From: a virus
Taxonomy: Duplodnaviria; Heunggongvirae; Uroviricota; Caudoviricetes
IMG/VR virus record: IMGVR_UViG_3300044712_000568
Location: 38,155 to 102,154 of that record
Length of the DNA stretch: 64,000 bases
Strand: one strand, 5' to 3'
Shown: one piece after another, positions 27,490 to 36,481 of the stretch
Position numbering within the stretch: position 1 is the stretch's first letter
Layout: each line of letters begins with the position of its first letter
Notes under the pieces: generated by a model
The model's database searches: none
Seen by the model: the letters and a program-made list of their open reading frames with translations, nothing else
Told to the model about the DNA's origin: nothing
Made by a program: the position numbers and the translations under genes

Positions 27490-28797
27490 TTGGACGAAAC
27501 CGAGAAAGCTAGATTAAAAAATTTGGACTCTCTTTCGTTCCAATCGCTATCTTTAGCAGGAATTGATTGGCGGAAGATAGTAAGAGAAAATCCAGAACTT
27601 CAGAAGGAATATTTTAAACTTCTGAATCTTAAGAAGGACTGGATTATAGTAAATATGGACTATTCACAGTTGGAATTGTATGTGTTGGCTTCGATTTCTG
27701 GAGACAAGAATATGATTGCAACTGTGATGTCTGGTAAAGATATTCATTCGGAAAATACAAAAAAGATTCATGGTATTGACTATGAAGACTTGGATGCTAG
27801 ATTCAAAAAAGCAGTTCCTGGAACCGATGAATATAAACAATTGGAATATGCTTTAAAGGATTTCAAAGCTAAACGTAAGTCTACAAAAGCTCTATCATTC
27901 TCTCTATCATATGGAGCAGGAAAAGAAAAGATTGCTATGGATAATAGAATCACAAATGATGAGGCTAATGATCTCATTAATGGATTCTATGATATTTATC
28001 CCGAGGTAAAAACTTGGCAGAATGCAACGTTCCTAACTGCAATTCAGACAGGCTACATTGAAACACCATTCGGTAGACGAAGAGCCACTTCTAAAGTCCA
28101 TAATCGTATGGACGCCTACTATGCCCTAGTAGAAGAAAAGGCTAGATTCATTTCGTCTCTTAAAAAGAGCGGTGAGTATTGGAAACTGAGAGAAGAATTT
28201 AAGACCTGCAAAAATACTCCCATTCAGTCCGTAGCTTCTGATATGTGTTCCTTAGCGGCAATCAAATTTAAAGAATGGCTAAAGACTGCAGGGCAACGTG
28301 CCGAAATGTATTTTTGGGTGCATGACGCTATTGTATTCGCCGTTCATATAGATGATGCTGTCAATGTAATTGAAAATCTCCGCAGTATTATGGAGAATGA
28401 TGTAAAGTATCCAGGAGATCCTGTAACCTATCGTGCTGCATTAGATGTAGGTTATAATTATGAATGGACAGTTGAAATTGAACGCAATGAATGGCTTTCC
28501 GGAGAAGATCAAAAAGCTCTTCTGCTTAAGAAACTTGATGAAGCTTTAGAAAAAGATAAGAAGAAGAAGTTTAAACTAATTGTAAAGTCTTCCTCATTAG
28601 AAATGGATGAGTCTTATCTTAAGAAAATTAAAGAAGCAAAGGAAGATTATTTCGAAAACTTAGTAGATAAATTAGGAATTGACGGCATTCATACTCCACA
28701 AGAGTATATGGCATATATGAATGATATGTCTCCAGAAGAATATTTAGAAGCCATGCAGCTGCAAGACGATTGGGATGAGGATGAAGAAGATAATTAA
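27490..28797 (+). CDS. polA: family A DNA polymerase, C-terminal catalytic part (motifs A, B, C)
   Basis: DYSQLELYVLA, DIH, RKSTKALSFSLSYG, GYIETPFGRRR, NTPIQSVASD, VHDA; GGAG RBS before TTG 27490. Confidence 0.9.
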   Translation: MDETEKARLKNLDSLSFQSLSLAGIDWRKIVRENPELQKEYFKLLNLKKDWIIVNMDYSQLELYVLASISGDKNMIATVMSGKDIHSENTKKIHGIDYEDLDARFKKAVPGTDEYKQLEYALKDFKAKRKSTKALSFSLSYGAGKEKIAMDNRITNDEANDLINGFYDIYPEVKTWQNATFLTAIQTGYIETPFGRRRATSKVHNRMDAYYALVEEKARFISSLKKSGEYWKLREEFKTCKNTPIQSVASDMCSLAAIKFKEWLKTAGQRAEMYFWVHDAIVFAVHIDDAVNVIENLRSIMENDVKYPGDPVTYRAALDVGYNYEWTVEIERNEWLSGEDQKALLLKKLDEALEKDKKKKFKLIVKSSSLEMDESYLKKIKEAKEDYFENLVDKLGIDGIHTPQEYMAYMNDMSPEEYLEAMQLQDDWDEDEEDN

Positions 28798-29083
28798 AAT
28801 TCATAAAACTCCTTGGCTTCTTCCGTGCGGTCATCCAAATACAAATATAAAATCTGATTATTACGATTCTTGGTGTAATGCTTGTGGCATGAATACAGCT
28901 GGTGTAAAACTTCCGGAAGATCATCAAAAAGCATTAAAAGTTCTTAATGAAGATTACGAAAAGAAAAAATTAGCTAGAACTGTAATAACAGAACAAGTTG
29001 AAATAGATATCAAAAAGTTTTTACAATACAACCCGTATGGAACAATCGAAGAATTTTATAATTACATTATTACTACGAAGTAG
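28775..29083 (+). CDS. hypothetical zinc-binding protein
   Basis: LPCGH...WCNACG. Confidence 0.55.
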   Translation: MRMKKIIKIHKTPWLLPCGHPNTNIKSDYYDSWCNACGMNTAGVKLPEDHQKALKVLNEDYEKKKLARTVITEQVEIDIKKFLQYNPYGTIEEFYNYIITTK

Positions 29084-29089
29084 GAACTA

Positions 29090-29365
29090 ATGAGTAATTT
29101 ACGTAATTACATTGCATTTATGATCTTTCTTCATGATTATTGGTTAGAATATGATGATGATTTGGCCGATCTTTCCGAAGAAGATATCGCTAAATATTAT
29201 GACAAATGGAATAAGGAATGGCTTCCAGAACTTCATGCTAAACATAGTGGAGATTGTATTAAAGCGCCAGCTCCATGCACAAGATGTCATCTTGAAAATC
29301 TGTTTGAAAGTGCAGATAAGATGCTGAAGGTAATGGGAAAGAATAAAAATATTAATATAAAGTAA
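29090..29365 (+). CDS. hypothetical phage protein
   Basis: HSGDC...PCTRC motif. Confidence 0.6.
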   Translation: MSNLRNYIAFMIFLHDYWLEYDDDLADLSEEDIAKYYDKWNKEWLPELHAKHSGDCIKAPAPCTRCHLENLFESADKMLKVMGKNKNINIK

Positions 29366-29381
29366 CCAATAAGGCTATTGG

Positions 29382-30044
29382 ATGACAGAACTAAATGTTT
29401 CACCTAAGAACACTAAGCTGGGCGCTATTCCCAGCTTTTCTCTTCCTTCTATTACTTCTTGCCCCGGAGCAACCGATGAATGCAAGAATATTTGTTATGC
29501 CGCTAAAGTAGAACGTATTTATAAGAATGCGGAAAAAGCATACAAGATTAACTTAGAAGGAACTAAGGATCCGGAGTTTGTCGAACAACTTGTAATTAAA
29601 TTAACAAAGTTGTCTACAAAAAAGAAGAACCCAATGACCACTTTTAGATGGCATGTTAGTGGAGACATTAACGATATTGCTTATCTATATAAGATGGAAA
29701 GTGTTATGAAAAAGCTACCGGATGTAAGATTTTATGCGTATACGAGAAATTGGGCTGTAAAAGGATGGATGTCCCATCTTGAAACTTTACGAAAGTTGCC
29801 TAATTTTACATTAATAGCATCACTAGATGATGAGCATTTAACAGCTAATATATTACCTCCAGCTGACTGGCGAGTCGCCTATGTTGGAGCCAAATCTGTT
29901 ACAGATATTGGTAAAGTTTTAGGAAAGAAAACAATTGTATGTCCCAATCAAGTTAAGGGAACTGTGTTATGTGATACATGCCAATATTGTTTTAATCCGA
30001 AATTAAATGCTACAACATCTTCTGTTTACTTTATCAAACACTAA
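29382..30044 (+). CDS. GP88-like protein (radical-SAM-like Cys cluster)
   Basis: NTKLG...FSLP...CPGATDECKNICYA, FRWHVSGD, YAYTR, ASLD, CP...CDTCQYC. Confidence 0.8.
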   Translation: MTELNVSPKNTKLGAIPSFSLPSITSCPGATDECKNICYAAKVERIYKNAEKAYKINLEGTKDPEFVEQLVIKLTKLSTKKKNPMTTFRWHVSGDINDIAYLYKMESVMKKLPDVRFYAYTRNWAVKGWMSHLETLRKLPNFTLIASLDDEHLTANILPPADWRVAYVGAKSVTDIGKVLGKKTIVCPNQVKGTVLCDTCQYCFNPKLNATTSSVYFIKH

Positions 30045-30052
30045 GGTAAAAT

Positions 30053-30235
30053 ATGGAAAATGTCATTGCTAGTTTACGAGCTAGACGAAAGACTCTTCAG
30101 ACAGAGCTTGACGCTATAGATAATGCGATTAACGCTCTACAAAAGGTATGCAAACATGATTGGATTCCTGACGGGCATGACTCGCATCACGAATACGAAG
30201 TTTGTAAAATTTGCGGAGAAACCGCTAAAATTTAA
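30053..30235 (+). CDS. small coiled-coil + zinc-finger protein
   Basis: CKHDW...CKICG. Confidence 0.6.
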   Translation: MENVIASLRARRKTLQTELDAIDNAINALQKVCKHDWIPDGHDSHHEYEVCKICGETAKI

Positions 30236-30266
30236 AGTATTAAATAGAAAGTTTATAAGGATTCAC

Positions 30267-30923
30267 ATGACTCAGGCTGCAACATATGAGGGATTAGATA
30301 AATATTTTGATATGGTTAAAATTAGCGCCACTAAGATTTACAATACCGCTAAGAAGAGTGGCGCTAAAGCTGTTCAGCCCGAGCTAAAAGAAGATTTATA
30401 TCAATCTGGTATGATTGCTTTGATGGAAGCATGGAATAATTACGATCCTTCCAAAGAAGCATCGTTTAGAACATATGCTTTTTATCGTATTCGTGGTGCA
30501 ATGTTGGATTATCTTCGTAATGAAGATACTGTATCTAGATCTACTAGAGCCGCATTGAAAAAGATAGAAACTAATATTAACAACACAATGACTTCATCTG
30601 AATTAACTGATGAAGAAATTGCTAAAACTATTAAAAATAGCGTTGTAGTGTTTCAGTATATTTCTCCAAATGAGACAGATGGTTCTGAATCTCCAATGGA
30701 ATTTCCAGATTCTACCGATCATTTTAAAGCAGTTGAAGCACAAGAAACTATTTCAAAGTTATTTAAAATCTGTCCACTCACCGAAAAAGAAAAAGCAGTA
30801 GTGCAAGATCATTATTTTCAGAATAAGAATTTTTCAGCTATCGGTGATTCTTTAGGTATCACTGAAAGTCGAGTGTCACAGATTCATAAAACAGCTCTTA
30901 AAAAATTGGCTAAATATGTCTAA
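30267..30923 (+). CDS. RNA polymerase sigma-70 family factor, FliA/WhiG (sigma-28)-like
   Basis: region 2 EDLYQSGMIAL...YDPSK..SFRTYAFYRIRGAMLDYLR; region 4 LTEKEK...IGDSLGITESRVSQIH. Confidence 0.92.
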   Translation: MTQAATYEGLDKYFDMVKISATKIYNTAKKSGAKAVQPELKEDLYQSGMIALMEAWNNYDPSKEASFRTYAFYRIRGAMLDYLRNEDTVSRSTRAALKKIETNINNTMTSSELTDEEIAKTIKNSVVVFQYISPNETDGSESPMEFPDSTDHFKAVEAQETISKLFKICPLTEKEKAVVQDHYFQNKNFSAIGDSLGITESRVSQIHKTALKKLAKYV

Positions 30924-31206
30924 CAAAATAGAATCAACTAAAGTAACTTTAGATACGGTGCAGAAATACATATTAGAGCATCCAGATAAAGCCCATCCGG
31001 ATTTCGACATTATTCTAGATGCTTTGATTAAGTTAGAGCAAACGAATCAAACAATTTTGGCGCAATCAGATAAATATCCTGAGCTAAATACTTTAATTAC
31101 TTCTGTTTCAGACACATTAAAACAGGCTCAGCGTGGATTAGCTGATGCCGCAATTCTCCATGAGTCTCTGCCAAATGAAGGAAACAAGACAAGAAATAAC
31201 CAGTAA
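30916..31206 (+). CDS. hypothetical protein
   Basis: 96-aa helical ORF coupled to the sigma gene. Confidence 0.55.
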   Translation: MSNKIESTKVTLDTVQKYILEHPDKAHPDFDIILDALIKLEQTNQTILAQSDKYPELNTLITSVSDTLKQAQRGLADAAILHESLPNEGNKTRNNQ

Positions 31207-31693
31207 AGACACCTGCATTAAAAATTTTCCTAGGCTATTTAGATTAGAGAAAACATTCCCCGAGCTCTTTAAGTCGGGGAATATTAATTTAGACTATGGT
31301 GGTGGTAAATACGATTTAATCACAAACTCACTATCGCTATTAGGAGTTACTAATTTAGTATTCGATCCATTCAATAGACCGTCTGATGTAAATGTTAATA
31401 TTCAAACTTCATTGATGTTTGAAAAAGGTGCTGATACTTGTACTATGTCTAACGTTCTTAATGTAATTAAAGAAGAAGAGTTCAGACATAGAGCATTAGT
31501 AAATGCTAGGCATATGATGAAAAAAGGTGCTAGTATTTATATCACAGTTCATGATGGTAATAGATCAGGTGTAGGAAAAGAAACATCAAAAGGCTGGCAA
31601 GAAAATAGAGCTACTAAAACATATTTAGAGGAAGTTCAAAAAGTATTTCCTAATGCCAGTATTAAAAAAGATGTAATTGTAGGAGTTAAATAA
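31175..31693 (+). CDS. class I SAM-dependent methyltransferase
   Basis: LDYGGG motif I, FDPF, SNVLNVI, GWQ. Confidence 0.8.
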   Translation: MKETRQEITSKDTCIKNFPRLFRLEKTFPELFKSGNINLDYGGGKYDLITNSLSLLGVTNLVFDPFNRPSDVNVNIQTSLMFEKGADTCTMSNVLNVIKEEEFRHRALVNARHMMKKGASIYITVHDGNRSGVGKETSKGWQENRATKTYLEEVQKVFPNASIKKDVIVGVK

Positions 31694-31695
31694 TA

Positions 31696-32199
31696 ATGTT
31701 AGAACAAAAAGAACAGCACAATAAGAATACAAGAGCTATTACGGAATCAATGAAGCTCCAAGATGCTTGGTATGATGAAGCTAGTAATATGACTTTAGAT
31801 AAATTGCCAGAGTTTTTAGAAAGACTTCAAACTTTCTATGAACATGATTACGGCACAATTTGTCACGCTATTGCTGCATCTGCAATAGCAACAGCTTGGG
31901 CAATGAATAAAGGACCTCAAGGTGGAATTACAGGTTTTCAAGCCGGTGCTGTAATGTGGGAATTTATTAAACATTGGGGACACATAAATGGCCCAGCCAG
32001 AATGTTATCTTACGATGATATGCTTTATCCACAACTAGAGTATAAATATAAAACTATTAGTCAAGATACTTTTGAGTATCTTCAAGAACAAGCAAAAGAA
32101 CATCTAGCCAATCCTGATACAGCTTCTGAGGAAGTTCGTAAACATTGGCAAAGTATTGTGGACGGAGTCATACCGTTCGGATACACTATAGAAAACTAA
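31696..32199 (+). CDS. hypothetical phage protein
   Basis: HDYGTICHA...GGITGFQAG; AGGAG RBS. Confidence 0.65.
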   Translation: MLEQKEQHNKNTRAITESMKLQDAWYDEASNMTLDKLPEFLERLQTFYEHDYGTICHAIAASAIATAWAMNKGPQGGITGFQAGAVMWEFIKHWGHINGPARMLSYDDMLYPQLEYKYKTISQDTFEYLQEQAKEHLANPDTASEEVRKHWQSIVDGVIPFGYTIEN

Positions 32200-32203
32200 C
32201 ACT

Positions 32204-32253
32204 AAAGCCGCCGTCTGGATTCTGAAAAAGAGTCTGGACGGCGGCTTTTTTTT
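32204..32253 (+). terminator. Rho-independent terminator ending the early/replication arm
   Basis: AAAGCCGCCGTCTGGATTC-loop-GAGTCTGGACGGCGGCTTTTTTTT; stem completed by G:U pairs. Confidence 0.88.
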
Positions 32254-32272
32254 GGTTTTTTGAAAAATCGGC

Positions 32273-32326
32273 AAAAAATTAGCGCTAAATTTTCCATTCT
32301 TTATTGGACATTAGCGCTAAATTTTT
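32273..32326 (-). terminator. probable terminator ending the late arm (two TTAGCGCTAA palindromes)
   Basis: copies at 32279-32288 and 32311-32320 pair on the minus strand and are followed by U6. Confidence 0.6.
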
Positions 32327-32328
32327 AT

Positions 32329-33252
32329 TTAGAAGCGACCTACAAATTTGCTTAAAGCTTGATTTACTGCGGGACCATCGCTAAGTGAAATTTCTGTTGC
32401 ACCCTCTGGTAATCCAGTAGGATTACCAATGACTAGAAGTGGCTCCCCAGCAATTGCCATTCTACCCTGAATTGCATTTTGACCAGGACCTTGAAACAAT
32501 TTAACATTCCCAGTCTTTAAGCTCAACTGTAAAGCCTCTAGTTTGGCATCAGCATCTACCACGTGTAGTTGATTAAATATATCAGTTACTGCTGCAACAT
32601 TAAATACGCCTTTTCTAGTGCTGGCAGCAGTTTGAATAAAACGTTTTACTAATTCCATTGGTGATGCAGCTTCTTCTAAAACGTCTTCCTCATCTTCTGA
32701 TACAGTTTCGGAAACAGATAGAATAGGATTATATGCCTCATCTTCATCTTCTACTAATTCTTCGGTAGAAAAAGCGTCAGGATGAGTAAAATGGCTCTTA
32801 TGTCTTGGAATAATTGAAGCAGTGGGATCTGTCATTGCATCAATGGACAGAATCGCAAATACTGGATATTCACCTTCCTCTGAGCCCTCTTCTTTTTCCT
32901 CTTCTCCGTCTAATACTTTTTCAGCATGCTCGGAATTTTCATCCTTTTCACTGTCATTATCAAGATCCTGACCAACCTCTTCTTCCAGATCTTCTAAGGA
33001 GATGTCATATTTATTTTCAAAATCTTCTAATGAATTAGTGATGGAATCTTCGCTGCCGGATTCTGCCGATGGAAACATTTTATCAATAATCTTTTCCACG
33101 GCCTCTTTTTCGTCTTCGTTTTTCAAAGACAATACGCTGTCAGCCTCATCTTCGGATTTAGCCGGAACTTCACCCGATTTGATAAGAATTACCTTATCGT
33201 CTTCATCTCGATATAATAGGGTAAATGTAAAAACTTCATTTTTATTGATCAC
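32329..33252 (-). CDS. hypothetical highly acidic protein
   Basis: 307 aa, Glu/Asp-rich; AAGGA RBS and AATTAAGT box upstream. Confidence 0.7.
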   Translation of the reverse strand: MINKNEVFTFTLLYRDEDDKVILIKSGEVPAKSEDEADSVLSLKNEDEKEAVEKIIDKMFPSAESGSEDSITNSLEDFENKYDISLEDLEEEVGQDLDNDSEKDENSEHAEKVLDGEEEKEEGSEEGEYPVFAILSIDAMTDPTASIIPRHKSHFTHPDAFSTEELVEDEDEAYNPILSVSETVSEDEEDVLEEAASPMELVKRFIQTAASTRKGVFNVAAVTDIFNQLHVVDADAKLEALQLSLKTGNVKLFQGPGQNAIQGRMAIAGEPLLVIGNPTGLPEGATEISLSDGPAVNQALSKFVGRF

Positions 33253-33270
33253 GGGAAAATCCTTATCTGC

Positions 33271-33278
33271 ACTTAATT
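33271..33278 (-). promoter_or_regulatory. putative late promoter box AATTAAGT
   Basis: recurrent motif directly upstream of the RBS. Confidence 0.5.
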
Positions 33279-33282
33279 CTTA

Positions 33283-34830
33283 TTAAACGTGTGCCCACGC
33301 AGTAGGATCCGTTAGATCCTTTTTGGGTAAATCTTCTGGATTAACTTCTGGTAACTTATTGGGATCTGCTGGGTTAATCACGTTTGGTTGAGGAGGACGA
33401 GGAGTTCCTGCTGCTGCAGCTTGAGCGGCGGCAACAGAATCTTCTATAGTTCCTTGTGGCTGATTAGCTAATTGAGTAGCTAAAGGACCGTTAGGAGAAA
33501 CTCCGGGAGTTGCGGGAAGAGCGGGCTGCTCTCCACCAGTGGCTACAGCTGGCTCTGGAACTGGTGTATTTGATGGTAATGGAGTAGCTGCTGGAGCAGT
33601 TGGAGTTCCACTAAAATTAAAATTTCCAGATTGAGGCAAAGAAGCGGACTGCATTCCAGGATTTAATGTCACTTGTGTCCCGTCTTGCGCGGCTTGTTCC
33701 GCATTAATGGGAGTAGTTGATAGACCTTTCGCTGAAGTGGCTAATTCCCCAGCCTGATTCTGTAATGAAGATAATGTAGGCATTTGTCCAGGCTGAACAG
33801 CGGCTGTTGATCCAGTTGGTGGAATATATTCAGATGGAGTAATAACATCTGTTGCTGGAGTTTGACTAGTAGCCTGCTGTTGCGCTTGCATATCAGCAGC
33901 CGATTGTATTTTAGAAGTTTCTTGTTGATATGCATTAGGAGCATCAGCTGCTTGCTGAGTTTGTCCAGCTGGAGCAGCAGCGGCCTGTTCTGCATCTTGT
34001 GTCATTGTTTGCGCGTCTGCTTGAGTTTCATTTTGAGCAGCGTTTATTGTTTGAGCCGCTTGTCCAGCTGACGCCGCAATTTCTTTCTGAAGTCCAGCTA
34101 ATTCCTCAGCTGACATAAAACTATATTTAGACACAGCATCTTTATTTTTAGTAACTAAATCTTCTAATTGCTGTAAGGCTGCTTCAACCGCTTGCTTTTT
34201 ATTTTCTCCGGAATCGGGAGTACTAATTTCTGCATAGTTTCCAGCCTGTTGTGCTGCAGCTCTTTCCGGAGCTGCTACATTGATTTGCTGTGCTTGACGC
34301 CCATCTTTACTCATGCCTTGAATAATAGTATCTAAGACTCTCTTATGTCCAGGTCGTTCTAAATCTAAATCGGGGAATGCTATATATTTTGTAATACCTT
34401 TAGCATTGTCATCAACTCTAACCATAGGACTATTACGTAATGCAGATCCTTTAGTATTAAAGAAATCTTGTACTCCCTGTCCTACTTTCTTTACAGGATT
34501 AGTCCAAGGCTGTGAAACTTTAGGCGCATTTCCAGTAGAACCTACTCCAAACTTATTCTGTGCAGAGGATCTAATTCTATCACCATACTGAGAGGCCTTA
34601 CTTTGTCCCCAACGCTGAAAAGTATCTCCCCAATTATCTTCTTTTAAATAAATAATGGGCATATCTGACATTAACTCTTTGGAAACAGATACAGTTTCTT
34701 CCAGAGGTAATCCGAGGTAATCATTACAAAATTCCACAATGCTATATTTCTTACCCTTATCTAATCTAGTGGTAGAAACATGTAGCTCCTGTAAAGATTG
34801 TTCTAGAGCCTGTTTAGCATTCGAATTCAT
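33283..34830 (-). CDS. hypothetical Gln/Ala/Pro-rich low-complexity protein (possible virion/ejected protein)
   Basis: 515-aa ORF; C-terminal half looks disordered by composition. Confidence 0.65.
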   Translation of the reverse strand: MNSNAKQALEQSLQELHVSTTRLDKGKKYSIVEFCNDYLGLPLEETVSVSKELMSDMPIIYLKEDNWGDTFQRWGQSKASQYGDRIRSSAQNKFGVGSTGNAPKVSQPWTNPVKKVGQGVQDFFNTKGSALRNSPMVRVDDNAKGITKYIAFPDLDLERPGHKRVLDTIIQGMSKDGRQAQQINVAAPERAAAQQAGNYAEISTPDSGENKKQAVEAALQQLEDLVTKNKDAVSKYSFMSAEELAGLQKEIAASAGQAAQTINAAQNETQADAQTMTQDAEQAAAAPAGQTQQAADAPNAYQQETSKIQSAADMQAQQQATSQTPATDVITPSEYIPPTGSTAAVQPGQMPTLSSLQNQAGELATSAKGLSTTPINAEQAAQDGTQVTLNPGMQSASLPQSGNFNFSGTPTAPAATPLPSNTPVPEPAVATGGEQPALPATPGVSPNGPLATQLANQPQGTIEDSVAAAQAAAAGTPRPPQPNVINPADPNKLPEVNPEDLPKKDLTDPTAWAHV

Positions 34831-35402
34831 TAGTGACCGCCTTTATAGTGTGTAACTGCAATAATAGCTAAATGATAAATAGCCGCTCCAATAAACATAA
34901 CCCAAAGTTCATGGGAGAGTATCTCTTTAATCTTAAGAATTAGTCTATCGGTTGGACCATACTGTTGACCCTGTTTTGTTAGACCAGCATTTTCAAACAA
35001 TGCTTCAAACTTAGAATCCATGTAAGATTTCTGAGTTCCTAAATGTTTTGTCATAGTGTCATTTAAGAATTCTTTATACTCATCATTTAATGTTTCGATA
35101 AGTTTATATAAAGCTTCCTGACTAGAAATAAGTTTTCTAGTGTGTTCCAACAGTTCTTTTGAATTTTCACTTAACTGTTCTACACTCTGCTCTCTGGAAA
35201 GGTCGTTTTCTAAAAGTGCTGATACACTTCTTGCATATTCACTATTGCTTGACAGCACTAACGAAAGGGCATGAAGTAGAGCATCATCTACTCTACGATT
35301 TTCACCGAGTATTTGTTCTACCGGATTAACACCAGGACGCAAGAGAGGATTTCTCTTGCTATCTGATTCTCCCGTGGAAAATTTAAAATCATCTTTGCCC
35401 AT
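34830..35402 (-). CDS. coiled-coil protein with C-terminal transmembrane helix
   Basis: heptad region followed by LWVMFIGAAIYHLAIIAV; GAGG RBS before ATG 35402. Confidence 0.65.
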   Translation of the reverse strand: MGKDDFKFSTGESDSKRNPLLRPGVNPVEQILGENRRVDDALLHALSLVLSSNSEYARSVSALLENDLSREQSVEQLSENSKELLEHTRKLISSQEALYKLIETLNDEYKEFLNDTMTKHLGTQKSYMDSKFEALFENAGLTKQGQQYGPTDRLILKIKEILSHELWVMFIGAAIYHLAIIAVTHYKGGH

Positions 35403-35417
35403 TAATAACAACCTCTA

Positions 35418-35425
35418 ACTTAATT
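35418..35425 (-). promoter_or_regulatory. putative late promoter box AATTAAGT
   Basis: recurrent motif upstream of the RBS. Confidence 0.45.
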
Positions 35426-35618
35426 AGTTCAATTTGCTGGTTTTTTTGCTATTTACGATATACTGTGACAGACTTTGCTTTAATCGTAAGTAGTTCAGTT
35501 CCAACTCATTATAAGCTTCTAGAAAAGCTTCTTTAGCTTCCTCTGAGATACTCGGTTCAGAGTATATAACTTTCATGTCCTTTTTAGGAGGTACAGTAGT
35601 CTGTCGTTCCTTAGGCAT
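35424..35618 (-). CDS. hypothetical protein
   Basis: 64-aa ORF coupled to upstream gene. Confidence 0.5.
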   Translation of the reverse strand: MPKERQTTVPPKKDMKVIYSEPSISEEAKEAFLEAYNELELNYLRLKQSLSQYIVNSKKTSKLN

Positions 35619-35896
35619 TAGTCTGTTACCTTATCGGAACCTTGTGTTCCAGGCACAATAGCCACATATCCTATGCCAGCTCCTGATGTACTATTTAAAG
35701 AATTGGTAATGGGTATGACAACTTGTGATAACCATGTTTGATATTCCAATACTGATGGGAAAGTTAGAGCCCCACCATTAAAAGTAATCTTAATATTTCC
35801 AACTCTCAGATTAGTAGCAGTATCAAATTCTACAGCGCCTGATCCTTTTAAGTCATCGGTCTTGATTAGAATAGAAGTAGTCTTAGTTGTAGTCAT
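35618..35896 (-). CDS. hypothetical (possible small virion) protein
   Basis: GGAG RBS, AATTAAAT box at 35911-35918. Confidence 0.6.
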   Translation of the reverse strand: MTTTKTTSILIKTDDLKGSGAVEFDTATNLRVGNIKITFNGGALTFPSVLEYQTWLSQVVIPITNSLNSTSGAGIGYVAIVPGTQGSDKVTD

Positions 35897-35921
35897 TATC
35901 TAAACTCCATATTTAATTGTA

Positions 35922-36449
35922 TTATAGATTTTTATTATGAGCACTTACAATAGTCACATCATCTTTAATAGGATCTCCAATAGTATCCTGATAAAGTCTT
36001 ACTTTACAATTGTATCGAATAGGTCTTCCGAGTCTGTGTGTTTCTTTTGATATAGCATAAATTTCAAATTTTTGTTTAATCTGAACATTTTCTACAACAT
36101 CTCCAATTATTGGAGTTCTTCCAAGTAAATAATCAATTTTGGATATATTAAACCAAATTGTTCCAGTTCTTTCTGCTACCTGTCCAATACCAGTCTCACT
36201 CATTCCGTGTTCCGTACTTTCGTCTACCTTAAAAAAAGAACGGACTTGTAAAGGCTCTTTAAAATTCTTTGCCCCTAACAAATCTCTATAGACAGGATCA
36301 TAATTTGTTTGAAATAATTCTAATGCATAATATGTTGTAGCTACACCAAATAGCTCAAATTCTTCTTGATCGGTAGAATTGATATAGTTAATATCTCTCA
36401 TTCCGTCAGGAGTCTGATCTGAATAATTAAAAGCGGATCTGCGATACAC
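35922..36449 (-). CDS. head-closure/neck protein (T4 gp14-like)
   Basis: ELFG...YY...DPVY.D...F, RTPIIGDVV...FEI pattern typical of gp14-like neck proteins; late region; box at 36463-36470. Confidence 0.6.
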   Translation of the reverse strand: MYRRSAFNYSDQTPDGMRDINYINSTDQEEFELFGVATTYYALELFQTNYDPVYRDLLGAKNFKEPLQVRSFFKVDESTEHGMSETGIGQVAERTGTIWFNISKIDYLLGRTPIIGDVVENVQIKQKFEIYAISKETHRLGRPIRYNCKVRLYQDTIGDPIKDDVTIVSAHNKNL

Positions 36450-36481
36450 AATTGCCTCGTAAACTTAATTCAATAAGCCGA

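Noticed and set aside
26600-27650. Intein, group I intron or stop read-through joining the polymerase halves
   Set aside because: No intein N-terminal block or His-Asn/Cys junction, and no intron core or homing-nuclease motif recognised. Part 1 ends TAG TAA, part 2 has its own RBS, and the frames differ. Not formally excluded without RT-PCR.
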